DNA of 64,000 bases from Verrucomicrobiota bacterium (GCA_039798785.1 JBDKFG010000006.1:1-64000), one strand, 5' to 3'. Positions 28,875 to 38,974 are shown, counted from the stretch's first letter. Program-made: numbers and translations. Notes: generated from the sequence alone by a model not told the origin.

Positions 28875-30395
28875 ATGATCTACCCGATGCCCGGCCAGCC
28901 TGGTGCCAAAGTCCAGTTCAAAGCTCAATACGGCAACTTCATCGGCGGCGAGTGGCTGCCGCCCCGCAGCGGCCAACATCTCAAGAACATCACACCGATC
29001 ACCGGCCTCCCCTTCTGCGAAGTTCCTCGCTCCGGCGCAGCGGACATCGAGCTGGCGCTCGACGCCGCCCACGCCGCCTTCGGCAAATGGGGTAAGACCT
29101 CGGTCGGCGAAAGAGCCGCCATCCTCAACAAGATCGCCGATCGGATGGAGCAGAACCTCGAGGTCCTCGCCTACGCCGAAACCGTCGACAACGGCAAGCC
29201 GATCCGCGAGACCCTCGCCGCCGACCTGCCCCTGGCGATCGACCACTTCCGCTACTTCGCCGGCTGCATCCGGGCCCAGGAAGGCTCGCTCGGCGAGATC
29301 GATGGCGACACCATCGCCTACCACCTCCACGAACCCCTGGGCATCGTCGCCCAGATCATCCCGTGGAACTTCCCGATCCTGATGGCAGCGTGGAAACTCG
29401 CCCCCGCCCTCGCCGCCGGCAATTGCGTCGTCCTCAAACCCGCCGAGTCGACCCCGGTCAGCATCCTCGTCCTGATGGAGCTGATCGCCGATCTCCTGCC
29501 GCCGGGCGTCGTCAACATCGTCAACGGCCTCGGACGCGAAGCCGGCCTGCCGCTGGCCACCAGCAACCGCATCGCCAAGATCGGCTTCACCGGCTCGACC
29601 AGCACCGGACGCCTGATCATGCAGTCGGCGGCGCAGAACATCATTCCGGTGACACTCGAGCTCGGCGGCAAGTCGCCGAACATCTTCTTTGCCGATGTCG
29701 CCGATCAGGACGACGCCTTCTTCGACAAGGCGGTGGAGGGCTTCGTCCTCTTCGCCCTCAACCAGGGCGAGGTCTGCACCTGCCCCTCCCGCGCGCTGAT
29801 CCAGGAAAGCCTCTACGACAAGTTCATGGAGCGCGCCCTGGCCCGGGTCAGGGCGATCAAGCAAGGCAATCCGCTCGACACCGAGACCATGATCGGCGCC
29901 CAGGCCTCGAGCGAGCAGTTGGCCAAGATCCTTTCCTATCTTGACATCGGTCGCGACGAAGGCGCTCGAGTCCTCGCCGGCGGGCACCAGGCCAAGATGA
30001 GCGGTGAACTGGCGGGCGGCTACTACGTCGAGCCCACCGTCCTCAAGGGCCATAACAAGATGCGAGTCTTCCAGGAGGAGATCTTCGGGCCGGTCGTCTC
30101 GGTGACCACCTTCAAGGACGAAGCCGAAGCTCTGGCGATCGCCAACGACACCATCTACGGTCTCGGCGCCGGCGTCTGGACCCGCGACGGCAACCGCGCC
30201 TTCCGCATGGGCCGCGGCATCCAGGCCGGCCGCGTCTGGACCAACTGCTACCACCTCTATCCTGCGCATGCCGCCTTTGGTGGCTACAAGCAGTCGGGCA
30301 TCGGCCGGGAAACCCACAAGATGATGCTCAACCACTATCAGCAGACCAAGAACCTGCTGGTCAGCTACAGCCCCAACAAACTCGGATTCTTCTGA
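28875..30395 (+). CDS. aldB: NAD-dependent acetaldehyde dehydrogenase (AldB/ExaC type)
   Basis: [64 protein letters not shown]. Confidence 0.93.
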   Translation: MIYPMPGQPGAKVQFKAQYGNFIGGEWLPPRSGQHLKNITPITGLPFCEVPRSGAADIELALDAAHAAFGKWGKTSVGERAAILNKIADRMEQNLEVLAYAETVDNGKPIRETLAADLPLAIDHFRYFAGCIRAQEGSLGEIDGDTIAYHLHEPLGIVAQIIPWNFPILMAAWKLAPALAAGNCVVLKPAESTPVSILVLMELIADLLPPGVVNIVNGLGREAGLPLATSNRIAKIGFTGSTSTGRLIMQSAAQNIIPVTLELGGKSPNIFFADVADQDDAFFDKAVEGFVLFALNQGEVCTCPSRALIQESLYDKFMERALARVRAIKQGNPLDTETMIGAQASSEQLAKILSYLDIGRDEGARVLAGGHQAKMSGELAGGYYVEPTVLKGHNKMRVFQEEIFGPVVSVTTFKDEAEALAIANDTIYGLGAGVWTRDGNRAFRMGRGIQAGRVWTNCYHLYPAHAAFGGYKQSGIGRETHKMMLNHYQQTKNLLVSYSPNKLGFF

Positions 30396-30459
30396 AATCA
30401 ACCCGGCGGGCGGAGCCAGGACTCCGCCCGCGACTCGATTCGCGTCCACACCAAAAAAC

Positions 30460-31770
30460 ATGCAGGCGAACATGAAGCAGGGTTTCAGCGACAGCATCCG
30501 GCAGCTCCTCGGCAGGAGCCCGGTCTTCTTCGTGCTTTTCGCCGGCCTCGCCGCCTTCGCCACCTACACCAGCATGTATGCCTTCCGCAAGGCTTTCACG
30601 GTGGCCACCTACGAGGGATACCAGTTCCTCGCCATCGACTACAAGATCTGGCTGATCACCGCCCAGGTCATCGGCTACATCATCTCGAAAGGCATCGGCA
30701 TCAAGGTCGTCGCCGAGATGCCTCCAGAACGCCGCGGCCGCAGCATCCTGCTGCTGATCGGTTTCGCCGGCCTGGCCCTGATCGGCTTCGCCCTGGTGCC
30801 CCCGCCCTGGGGCATCGTCTTCCTCTTCCTCAACGGCCTGCCGCTGGGCATGATCTTCGGCATCGTCTTCGGCTTCCTCGAGGGACGCAAACTCACCGAC
30901 CTGCTGGTCCTCGGCCTGATGCTCACCTTCATCTTCTCCTCGGGCTTCGTCAAGACCGTCGGGAAATTCCTGATGAACTACCTCCACGTTCCCGAATTCT
31001 GGATGCCGGCGGCCACGGGAGCGATCTTCATTCCGGTGCTCGCGGTTTCGGTGTGGATGCTGTGCACCCTCCCGCCTCCCAGCGCCGAGGACGTCGCCGA
31101 AAAGACCCAGCGGCAATCGATGAACTCCGAGGAGCGCCGCAAGTTCCTCCGCACCTTCGCTCCCGGGCTGATCTGTTTCGTCCTCGCCTACCTGCTGCTC
31201 ACCATCCTGCGCGACTTCCGCGACAACTTCACCGCTGAAATCTGGCGCGACCTGGGGCAGGGCGGCAACGCCTCGATCTTCACCGAGACGGAACTCCCCA
31301 TCGCCCTTGCCATCATCCTGCTGATGGGGGCCTTCAAATGGATCAAAGACAGCTTCAAGGCCTTCGTCGCCGTCCACCTCGTCGCCGTCGCCGGCGCCCT
31401 CCTGGTCGGCCTCAGCACCCTGCTCTACCAGGGAGGACTGATCACCCCCTTCTGGTGGATCAGCCTCGTCGGCATGGGGCTCTATGTCGCCTACGTTCCC
31501 TGCAACAGCCTCTTCTTCGAGCACATGATCGTCGCCTTCCGCTATGTCAGCACCGCCGGCTTCCTGATCACCACCGCCGACTTCTACGGCTATTTCGGCA
31601 GCCTCGGCATCACCCTCTACAAGAACTTCGGCGACCAGAAGATCAGCTACGCCGACTTCTTCACCAAGGGCTGCTACCTCGTCTCCCTCGGCTTCAGTCT
31701 CTTCATGCTCATCTCCCTGCTCTACTTCGTCAAAAAATACAGGAATCAGAAATGGCAGCCGCAAGCCTGA
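30460..31770 (+). CDS. MFS-like membrane transporter (DUF5690-like)
   Basis: About 12 hydrophobic segments; MYAFRKAF, FLNGLPLGMIFG, FLEGR, RDFRDNF. Confidence 0.8.
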   Translation: MQANMKQGFSDSIRQLLGRSPVFFVLFAGLAAFATYTSMYAFRKAFTVATYEGYQFLAIDYKIWLITAQVIGYIISKGIGIKVVAEMPPERRGRSILLLIGFAGLALIGFALVPPPWGIVFLFLNGLPLGMIFGIVFGFLEGRKLTDLLVLGLMLTFIFSSGFVKTVGKFLMNYLHVPEFWMPAATGAIFIPVLAVSVWMLCTLPPPSAEDVAEKTQRQSMNSEERRKFLRTFAPGLICFVLAYLLLTILRDFRDNFTAEIWRDLGQGGNASIFTETELPIALAIILLMGAFKWIKDSFKAFVAVHLVAVAGALLVGLSTLLYQGGLITPFWWISLVGMGLYVAYVPCNSLFFEHMIVAFRYVSTAGFLITTADFYGYFGSLGITLYKNFGDQKISYADFFTKGCYLVSLGFSLFMLISLLYFVKKYRNQKWQPQA

Positions 31771-32798
31771 ACGCAAATGGTCTCGAGCTGAAAATGGAGG
31801 GCATCCTGAGCGGACGCCCGGCGGGCCGCCGCGACTACGCCGTCTTCGATTGGGACAACACCTGCATCGTCAACGACTGCCAGGAGAATCTCTTCTTCCT
31901 GATGCTCGACACTCTGGCCTTCAAGATTCCGTCCCAGGCTTTCGGAGCCATCCTCCGGCGCGAACTGCCAGCCTTGCCCTTGACAAGCTGCTGCCGCAAC
32001 CAGGCCGGTCAGACTGTCTCTCTCGAGGCCCTGTGCCATGACCTGGAGTCCGACTACGCCTTCCTGCGCTCACCCGAGTGCCCGGCCGAGTTCCAGAAGA
32101 CGCCGCATTTCCTCGATTTCCGGGCCAAGCTGCTCTACCTCTACGAAGCCATCACCCTGAGCTACGGCAATGCCATCGCCTACAAATGGAACATCTACTT
32201 CTTCAGCGGCTTCACTGCGGCTGAAGTGAACGCTCTGGCGTGCCGCTCGCATGCCCTGTTTCTTCGGCAGCCGCTCTCCACGCGTCGCTTCATCAGCCCG
32301 GAGGAGCTGCCAGGCCAGGCCGGCGTCGTCAGCGTCACCCACAAGCAAGGCCTGCGCATCAGCGAGGAGATCCTGCGCCTGATGGAGATCCTGCGGCAGC
32401 ATCAGGTCGACGTCTTCGTCAACACCGCCTCGCTCGAAGAGGTGGTCGCCGCCTTCGCCTGCGATCCCCGTTTCGGCTTCGCGATTCCCCGCGACCGGGT
32501 TTTCGGGCTGCGTCTGCAGGAGCTCGACGGCTGCTTCGCGCCGGCCTACCCCCGCGACTGGCCCCTCAACTGGGGGCCCGGCAAGACGGAGATGATCCGC
32601 CGCCACATCGCTCCCGCGCGGGGCTGCGGCCCGATCTTCGTCGCCGGCGACAGCGACGGCGATTACGACATGCTGCGCGACTTCCCCGACACCCGCCTCG
32701 GCCTGATCATCCGCCGAGGCAAGGGCAGGATCCAGGAACTCGGCGGCGAGCGCTACTGGATCCAGAATCGAGACCCGGTGAGCGGTGCCTGGATCTGA
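31752..32798 (+). CDS. HAD-superfamily phosphatase resembling phosphorylcholine/phosphoethanolamine phosphatase
   Basis: Motif I YAVFDWDNT, motif II VNTAS, GK, motif IV AGDSDGD; no signal peptide; overlaps the transporter stop. Confidence 0.85.
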   Translation: MAAASLNANGLELKMEGILSGRPAGRRDYAVFDWDNTCIVNDCQENLFFLMLDTLAFKIPSQAFGAILRRELPALPLTSCCRNQAGQTVSLEALCHDLESDYAFLRSPECPAEFQKTPHFLDFRAKLLYLYEAITLSYGNAIAYKWNIYFFSGFTAAEVNALACRSHALFLRQPLSTRRFISPEELPGQAGVVSVTHKQGLRISEEILRLMEILRQHQVDVFVNTASLEEVVAAFACDPRFGFAIPRDRVFGLRLQELDGCFAPAYPRDWPLNWGPGKTEMIRRHIAPARGCGPIFVAGDSDGDYDMLRDFPDTRLGLIIRRGKGRIQELGGERYWIQNRDPVSGAWI

Positions 32799-32837
32799 AT
32801 TTTTCATCTCACTAATGTCAACAGGAAGGAGGGGGGC

Positions 32838-35132
32838 ATGCGCAATTTATCGGATTTGAGTCTCGTCATTGTTCCGGAGCCGAAGCCCGATGAACTCTAC
32901 GAAATCGACATGTTGGGCCAAGGATTCCGCTTTCTCGGCCTGAAAAAACTCCTCGGAGCTGCCGACTTCAGCAAGGCTGGCGACCGCCATGCCGATCTCG
33001 CCGCCAAAGACGAAATCGAACGCGAAGCCGCACGCGCCATCCTGTCGTCGCTCACTTTGCAGCATCTCTACGACCGCCCTCTCACCGATGACGCCGGCAA
33101 GATCGACTCAGTGATGCGGGTCAACTACGACATCGACCTGGCCTTGTTCCGCACCATCGCCCACCTCTCCGTCGGTGACTTCAAAGACCTGTTGCTGCGT
33201 TCCGACAATCAGGCCGTCAGCTCCATCGGTTCTGCCCTCACCGGAGTCATGGCCGCCGCCGTCGCCAAGCTCTGCGATACACACGAACTGATCTTCATCT
33301 CCCAGAAAATCAGCCGCTCAAGCAAAGCTCGCACCACTCTCGGCCTGCCCGGCAGCTTGTCCTCGCGTCTCCAGCCCAATCACCCGGTCGACGACCTCAG
33401 AGGCCTGACCTTGCTGATCTATGAAAGCCTCAGCCTCGGCGCCGGCGATGCACTGATCGGCGTCAATCCCTCGATCGACACTGTCGACAACATCTCTGCC
33501 ATGCTCTGCCATGTGGACAAGATCCGGCGCGCCACCGGTGCCCCGACCCAGATCTGCGTTCTGTCGCACATCAAGACCCAGCTCACCTGCCTGGAGCAGG
33601 GAGTGCCGGTGGAGATCATGTTCCAAAGCCTGGCCGGCACCGAGGCGACCAATCTCACTGAATTCGACATCAGCGTCGAGTTGATCGACCACGCCTACCG
33701 CACGATGGCCCGTATCGGCCCGCTCAAAGACATCGCCGAAAACTTCATGTATTTCGAGACCGGCCAAGGCAGCGAGTTCACCTACGGCAAGCACAACGGC
33801 ATCGACATGAGTACCACCGAAGCCCTGTGCTACGGGCTGGCCCGCCGCTGGCACCCCTACATGGTCAACAACGTCACCGGCTTCATCGGCCCCGAAACTC
33901 ATCTCGATAACTTCGAGATGATCATCGCCAACCTGCAAGACCACTTCATGGGCAAGCTCCTGGGCTTGCCGATGGGCATGGCGCCATGCTACACGCTGCA
34001 CTCGAAAATCACTCTCGAGGGTCAGCAGATGGCGACCCAGATGCTCACCGCCGCTGGCGCCAATTTCTACATGGATGTCTACCTCAACACCGATCGCATG
34101 CTGGCCTATTTCGACACCAGCGGCCACGACAACCAGACCCTGCGCGAAATCTACCGCAAGAATCCGACTCCCGAATACCGCGAATGGGCCTTGGCCAAAG
34201 GCATCTTCGCCATCGACGCCGAAGGCAATCTGATCCGCGGGCCGTACTGGGGCAGGCTGGAGCTGTTTGGCAGCACCGAGGCTGAAATCGCCGCCCTGGT
34301 CCAGGCGACCCCTGCCACTTACGGATTCGACAACGCCGGCCCCCGGCCGGTGAACAAAACCGCCCGCACGGTGCGCAGCCACCAGGCCCTTGCCCGGGCA
34401 GCCACCTACAGCGAATTGCGCCTCGAGGAACTGCTCTCCATCGCCCCCTTCCGGATCCTCACCAGCGCCGCCGCCAACAAAGAGGAATACCTCAACTCCC
34501 CCAAGCTCGGAACCGCTTTGTCGCCTGAAAGCCTCGCCGCCTTGCGCCTGCAGCAGCGGCAGGTTCAGATCGTGGTTTCCGACGGCCTCAGTGCCGAAGC
34601 GATTCATCATAATGTCAAAGACATCTATCCCAAGCTGAATCAGCACTTGGACGAGCTCGGAATCAGCCAGGCCGAGCCCCTGATCCTGCGATACGGCCGA
34701 GTCAAGGCGGCGGAAGCGATTGCCGATGCCGTCGGCTGCGATCTGGTCATCCTGCTCATCGGCGAGCGTCCCGGGGGGGATGCCGATTCGTCCCGCAGCA
34801 TGTCGTCGTATTTCGCTTATCGGATCAGTGATCCGGAAACCCGGAAAAACGCGGCGGAATACAGTGGCAACAGCGACATCCGCTTTGAATACATGCTGAT
34901 CTCCAACATCTACTCCTCAGCCATGCCGGCCGATCAAGCGGCACGGGCGATCGCCAATCTAGCCGCCGAGATCCTCAAATACAGAGCCGCCGGCAACCGC
35001 CTCGTCGCGCTACGCAACACCCAGATCCGTGCTGAAATCGTCGCCGTTCACGAAGCCTCGCCAAGCCTTGTCTCCCGCGACCCCGCCGATCTAGCGACGA
35101 GAGTCGTTCAGCTCGAGCCGCTCCATGGCTGA
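32838..35132 (+). CDS. Fused ethanolamine ammonia-lyase large and small subunit (EutB-EutC single chain)
   Basis: EutB motifs SRLQPNHP, GVNP, FQSL, YFETGQGS, GFIGPE, DHFMGKLLGLPMG; EutC motifs EEYL, QIVVSDGLS, GRV, LLIGERPG, ISNI; strong SD GGAGGGGGG. Confidence 0.9.
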   Translation: MRNLSDLSLVIVPEPKPDELYEIDMLGQGFRFLGLKKLLGAADFSKAGDRHADLAAKDEIEREAARAILSSLTLQHLYDRPLTDDAGKIDSVMRVNYDIDLALFRTIAHLSVGDFKDLLLRSDNQAVSSIGSALTGVMAAAVAKLCDTHELIFISQKISRSSKARTTLGLPGSLSSRLQPNHPVDDLRGLTLLIYESLSLGAGDALIGVNPSIDTVDNISAMLCHVDKIRRATGAPTQICVLSHIKTQLTCLEQGVPVEIMFQSLAGTEATNLTEFDISVELIDHAYRTMARIGPLKDIAENFMYFETGQGSEFTYGKHNGIDMSTTEALCYGLARRWHPYMVNNVTGFIGPETHLDNFEMIIANLQDHFMGKLLGLPMGMAPCYTLHSKITLEGQQMATQMLTAAGANFYMDVYLNTDRMLAYFDTSGHDNQTLREIYRKNPTPEYREWALAKGIFAIDAEGNLIRGPYWGRLELFGSTEAEIAALVQATPATYGFDNAGPRPVNKTARTVRSHQALARAATYSELRLEELLSIAPFRILTSAAANKEEYLNSPKLGTALSPESLAALRLQQRQVQIVVSDGLSAEAIHHNVKDIYPKLNQHLDELGISQAEPLILRYGRVKAAEAIADAVGCDLVILLIGERPGGDADSSRSMSSYFAYRISDPETRKNAAEYSGNSDIRFEYMLISNIYSSAMPADQAARAIANLAAEILKYRAAGNRLVALRNTQIRAEIVAVHEASPSLVSRDPADLATRVVQLEPLHG

Positions 35133-35511
35133 GCGCGTTTCAGCCACGCCGGCGGCCCTGGAATTCATCGCCTTCCTCGCCGCCAAGCACGGACCGCTGA
35201 TGTTCCACCAGTCGGGAGGCTGTTGCGACGGCAGCGCCCCCAACTGCTTCCTGCGCGGCGAGTTCCAGACCGGACCCGCCGATGTCCTGCTTGGAGAAAT
35301 CGGCGGAGCCCCTTTCTACATCGGCGCACGCCAGTACGAGACCTGGAAGCACACCCACCTGGTCATCGATGTGGTCCCCGGCCAGGGTGGAGCCTTCTCG
35401 CTCGACGGGCCGGAAGGCCGCACCTTTCTGAGCCGCTCGCGACTCTTCACGCCCGAGGAAGCCGCCGAGCTCGGCGGCTCCGGCGATGCAGCCCCCTGCC
35501 ATTTGCGATGA
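35125..35511 (+). CDS. DUF779 family protein (aldehyde dehydrogenase-associated)
   Basis: HGPLMFHQSGGCCDGSAP, WKHTHLVIDVVPG..FSL. Confidence 0.9.
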   Translation: MAERVSATPAALEFIAFLAAKHGPLMFHQSGGCCDGSAPNCFLRGEFQTGPADVLLGEIGGAPFYIGARQYETWKHTHLVIDVVPGQGGAFSLDGPEGRTFLSRSRLFTPEEAAELGGSGDAAPCHLR

Positions 35512-35533
35512 GCGCCAAAGACAGGAACTCCCC

Positions 35534-36916
35534 ATGAAATACCAGCACAGCATCGGGCTCCGCAACCACGTCTTCGACGATCTCAAGGAAGTCATGGCCA
35601 AGGCCACCCCCTTGCGCTCCGGCGACCGGCTCGCCGGCCTCGCCGCCCGCAGCGCCGAGGAACGCGCCGCCGCCCAGATGACCCTCGCCGACATCCCGCT
35701 GAAACGCTTCCTCGAAGAGCCGCTCATCCCCTACGAAAGCGACGAAGTCACCCGTCTCATCTTCGACAGCCATGAACCGCAAGCCTTCGCTCCGGTCCGC
35801 TCCCAAACCGTCGGCGAGTTCCGCGACTGGCTGCTCTCGGACGAAGCGGACACCGCCGCTCTCGCCCGCCTCCGCCCCGGCATCACCCCGGAAATGGCCG
35901 CCGCGGTGAGCAAGATCATGTCCCTCCAGGATCTCATCCTGGTCGCCAGCAAGTGCCGTCTCACCACCGCCTTCCGCAACACCATCGGCCTGCCCGGGCG
36001 GATGTCGACCCGCCTGCAGCCCAACCACCCCACCGACGATCCCCGCGGCATCATCGCCTCTACCCTCGATGGCCTGATGTACGGCAGCGGCGACGCGGTG
36101 ATCGGCATCAACCCCGCCACCGACAGCGTCGCCGCCACGGTGCGCATCCTGCATCTCCTCGAAGAGCTGCGCCTCAAGTACGAGATCCCGACCCAGACCT
36201 GCGTCCTCACCCACGTCACCAACAGCATCGAGGCGATCCGCCTCGGGGCCCCCGTCGACCTGGTCTTTCAGTCGATTGGCGGCAGCGAGGCCCTCAACAG
36301 CAGCTTCGGCGTCAATCTCGGTATCCTCCGCGAAGGCTGCGAGGCGGCGCTGCAGCTCAAGCGCGGCAGCGTCGGCCAGAACCTGATGTACTTCGAGACC
36401 GGCCAGGGCAGCGCCCTCTCCGCCAACGCCCACTTCGGCGTCGACCAGCAGACCCTGGAAGCCCGCGCCTACGCCGTCGCCCGCGCCTTCCAGCCGCTGC
36501 TGGTCAACAGCGTCGTCGGCTTCATCGGCCCCGAATACCTCTACAACGGCAAGCAGATCATCCGCGCCGGCCTCGAAGACCTCTTCTGCGGCAAGCTCCT
36601 CGGCCTGCCGATGGGCTGCGACATCTGCTACACCAACCATGCCGAGGCCGATCAGGACGACATGGACACCCTGCTCACCCTCTTCGCCACCGCCGGCGGC
36701 ACCTTCATCATGGGCATTCCCGGGGCCGACGACATCATGCTCAACTACCAGAGCACCTCCTTCCACGACGCCCTCTACGTCCGCCGCCTCCTCGGCCTCA
36801 AGCCCGCCCCCGAATTCGACGATTGGCTGCTCAAAATGGGCATCCTCGATCCCCAGATGCGCCTACTTGGCAACTCGGAACATGTGCGACGCTTGACCCA
36901 GCCGCTCAACTCTTAA
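35534..36916 (+). CDS. eutB: Ethanolamine ammonia-lyase large subunit
   Basis: LRSGDRLAG, STRLQPNHPTDD, GINPA, YFETGQGSALSA, VVGFIGPEYLY, DICYTNHA, DDIMLNYQSTSFHD. Confidence 0.97.
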   Translation: MKYQHSIGLRNHVFDDLKEVMAKATPLRSGDRLAGLAARSAEERAAAQMTLADIPLKRFLEEPLIPYESDEVTRLIFDSHEPQAFAPVRSQTVGEFRDWLLSDEADTAALARLRPGITPEMAAAVSKIMSLQDLILVASKCRLTTAFRNTIGLPGRMSTRLQPNHPTDDPRGIIASTLDGLMYGSGDAVIGINPATDSVAATVRILHLLEELRLKYEIPTQTCVLTHVTNSIEAIRLGAPVDLVFQSIGGSEALNSSFGVNLGILREGCEAALQLKRGSVGQNLMYFETGQGSALSANAHFGVDQQTLEARAYAVARAFQPLLVNSVVGFIGPEYLYNGKQIIRAGLEDLFCGKLLGLPMGCDICYTNHAEADQDDMDTLLTLFATAGGTFIMGIPGADDIMLNYQSTSFHDALYVRRLLGLKPAPEFDDWLLKMGILDPQMRLLGNSEHVRRLTQPLNS

Positions 36917-36970
36917 CTCTTAACTCTTAACTCTTAACTCTTAACTCTTAACTCTTAACTCTTAACTCTT
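36908..36970. repeat. Heptamer tandem array (AACTCTT)x9
   Basis: Counted directly; same unit as 16993-17041; contains the eutB stop codon. Confidence 0.97.
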
Positions 36971-36984
36971 AATTGCGAACGAAC

Positions 36985-37767
36985 ATGACTCCCGACCCCT
37001 GGCACCACCTGCGGCAGCACACCGCCGCCCGGATCGCCCTCGGCCATGCCGGCGTCAGCCTGCCCACCCGCGCCAGCCTCGCCTTTCGCCTCGCTCATGC
37101 CCAGGCGCGCGACGCCGTCCATTCCGAGCTGGAGGCCGAACGGCTGGTCCGCGAGCTGGCGGCTTTCGACTCACCGTCGATCCGGGTCCGCAGCCAAGCT
37201 CGCGGGCGAGACGAATACTTGAAAAACCCCGGCAGCGGCCGCCGCCTGTCCGACGATGACGCACGCAGACTCCAGGCGCAGTCGAGTCCCTGCGACCTCT
37301 GCATCGTCATCGGCGACGGCCTCTCCGCCTGCGCCGTCAACCAGCACGCCCTGCCCTTGATCCGGCTGCTCGCCCCCGAGTTTCAGCGCCTCCGCTGGAG
37401 CCTGGCTCCGATCATCCTGGCCGAACAATGCCGGGTCGCCCTTTCCGACGACATCGGCTCCTCCCTGCAGGCGGAAATGGTCTTGATGCTGATCGGCGAA
37501 CGCCCAGGCTTGAGCTCGCCCGACAGCATGGGAGCCTATCTGACCTGGAGACCGGCACCCGGACTCACCGACGAAAGACGCAACTGCGTCTCCAACATCC
37601 GCTCCGCGGGACTCGCCCTGCCTCTGGCTGCGTCGAAACTGCTTTATCTCCTCGGCGAAATGAAGACCCTCAAGCTCTCCGGAGTGGAGCTCAAAGACCG
37701 GCAGGACGAGGCCTTGACTGCTGCTGAGCCTGCGCCCGGACTCCTGCGAGATCACTCGGGTCGTTAG
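36985..37767 (+). CDS. eutC: Ethanolamine ammonia-lyase small subunit
   Basis: TAARIALGHAG, HAQARDAVH, DGLSA, RVALSD, LIGERPGLSSPDSMGAYLT, RNCVSNI. Confidence 0.96.
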   Translation: MTPDPWHHLRQHTAARIALGHAGVSLPTRASLAFRLAHAQARDAVHSELEAERLVRELAAFDSPSIRVRSQARGRDEYLKNPGSGRRLSDDDARRLQAQSSPCDLCIVIGDGLSACAVNQHALPLIRLLAPEFQRLRWSLAPIILAEQCRVALSDDIGSSLQAEMVLMLIGERPGLSSPDSMGAYLTWRPAPGLTDERRNCVSNIRSAGLALPLAASKLLYLLGEMKTLKLSGVELKDRQDEALTAAEPAPGLLRDHSGR

Positions 37768-37915
37768 CCTGAATTCAAGAAGTTGAAAGGTTTCAAGGAT
37801 TTTCTTGCGCCCCCGTCAATGGCGGCCTCATAACATCTCCTGGCCCAAGGCATCGCCGAAGCGACTAGACCTGCTGGCATGATTCCTGCTGCCGATGCAC
37901 TCGGAGGAACTCAAC

Positions 37916-38974
37916 ATGTGGTCAGCCGCAGACATCACCCTTTACGTCCCCTGCTACCGTGCGGAGCGCACTCTCGGCGACTGTCTCGCCTCCTTGCAGA
38001 GGCAGACGCTGAAGCCGGCGCGGATGTTCATCGTCGACGACGGCAACGAGACGCCGCCGGAAGTGCCGGAGGGCATCGGCGTTCTCCGGCACGGCCACAA
38101 CCGCGGCCTCGCCGCGGGGCGCAACACCGCGCTGGAAAGCTGCACCACGGCGCTTCTCGGCAGCATCGATTCGGATGTGATCGCCGCTCCCGATTGGCTT
38201 GAGCATCTGTTGGCGACACTCAACGCCGAGCCTGGCCTCGCCGGTTGCGGCGGCCGCATGGATGAACATTATCAGGACGATCTTGCCGACCGTTGGCGCG
38301 GCATCCACATGTGCCAGCACTGGGGCGAGAAGCCGGTCCGCTCGCCCCGCTTCCTCTACGGGTGCAACACCTTGATGCGGACCGAGGTTCTCCGGGCCGC
38401 CGGCGGCTTCGACCCCCGCCTGCGCACCAACAACGAAGACCGCAGCCTCAGCGACATCCTCTACAGCATGGGCTTGGAACTGCTCTACCAGCCTGCGGCT
38501 CGGTGTCGCCATCTCCGCCGCGACCGCCTTGACTCGGTGCTTGCCACCTATTGGGGCTGGCATCACGCCAAGGGGCTGGTCGCCGGCGACTTCGATTCGC
38601 CGCTCGGCCTGCTCGACCGGGTCTGGCGCGTCAACTTCGGCATCTTCGACTACCGCTACAATCTCGATCTCGCCGCCAGCCGCGACGAATTCCTCCTCCT
38701 CGATCTCGCCCTGCCCTGGGTTTTCTGCCAGCGCGACCTCGAGCTCGCCCACCTCACTCAGGGGCTGCCTGCAGGCCCCGACCTGCGCGAACTCCTCCGC
38801 GAAATCACCGGCGAGGGCGCCGCAGTGATCGAGGAGCTCATGCCCGCCAGCCGCTGCCCCCCGGGCAATCCGCCCTGGGCCGAACTGTACCGCGGCTGCA
38901 TCCGCCGCTCCCTCGAACGCAGCTCCTGGCTGCGCCGCTTCGACGCCGCTCTCAACCCGAGGTCCACGCCATGA
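37916..38974 (+). CDS. Glycosyltransferase family 2
   Basis: VPCY, IVDDG, NRGLAAGRN, IDSD, GGFD..NED; SD GGAGG. Confidence 0.9.
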   Translation: MWSAADITLYVPCYRAERTLGDCLASLQRQTLKPARMFIVDDGNETPPEVPEGIGVLRHGHNRGLAAGRNTALESCTTALLGSIDSDVIAAPDWLEHLLATLNAEPGLAGCGGRMDEHYQDDLADRWRGIHMCQHWGEKPVRSPRFLYGCNTLMRTEVLRAAGGFDPRLRTNNEDRSLSDILYSMGLELLYQPAARCRHLRRDRLDSVLATYWGWHHAKGLVAGDFDSPLGLLDRVWRVNFGIFDYRYNLDLAASRDEFLLLDLALPWVFCQRDLELAHLTQGLPAGPDLRELLREITGEGAAVIEELMPASRCPPGNPPWAELYRGCIRRSLERSSWLRRFDAALNPRSTP

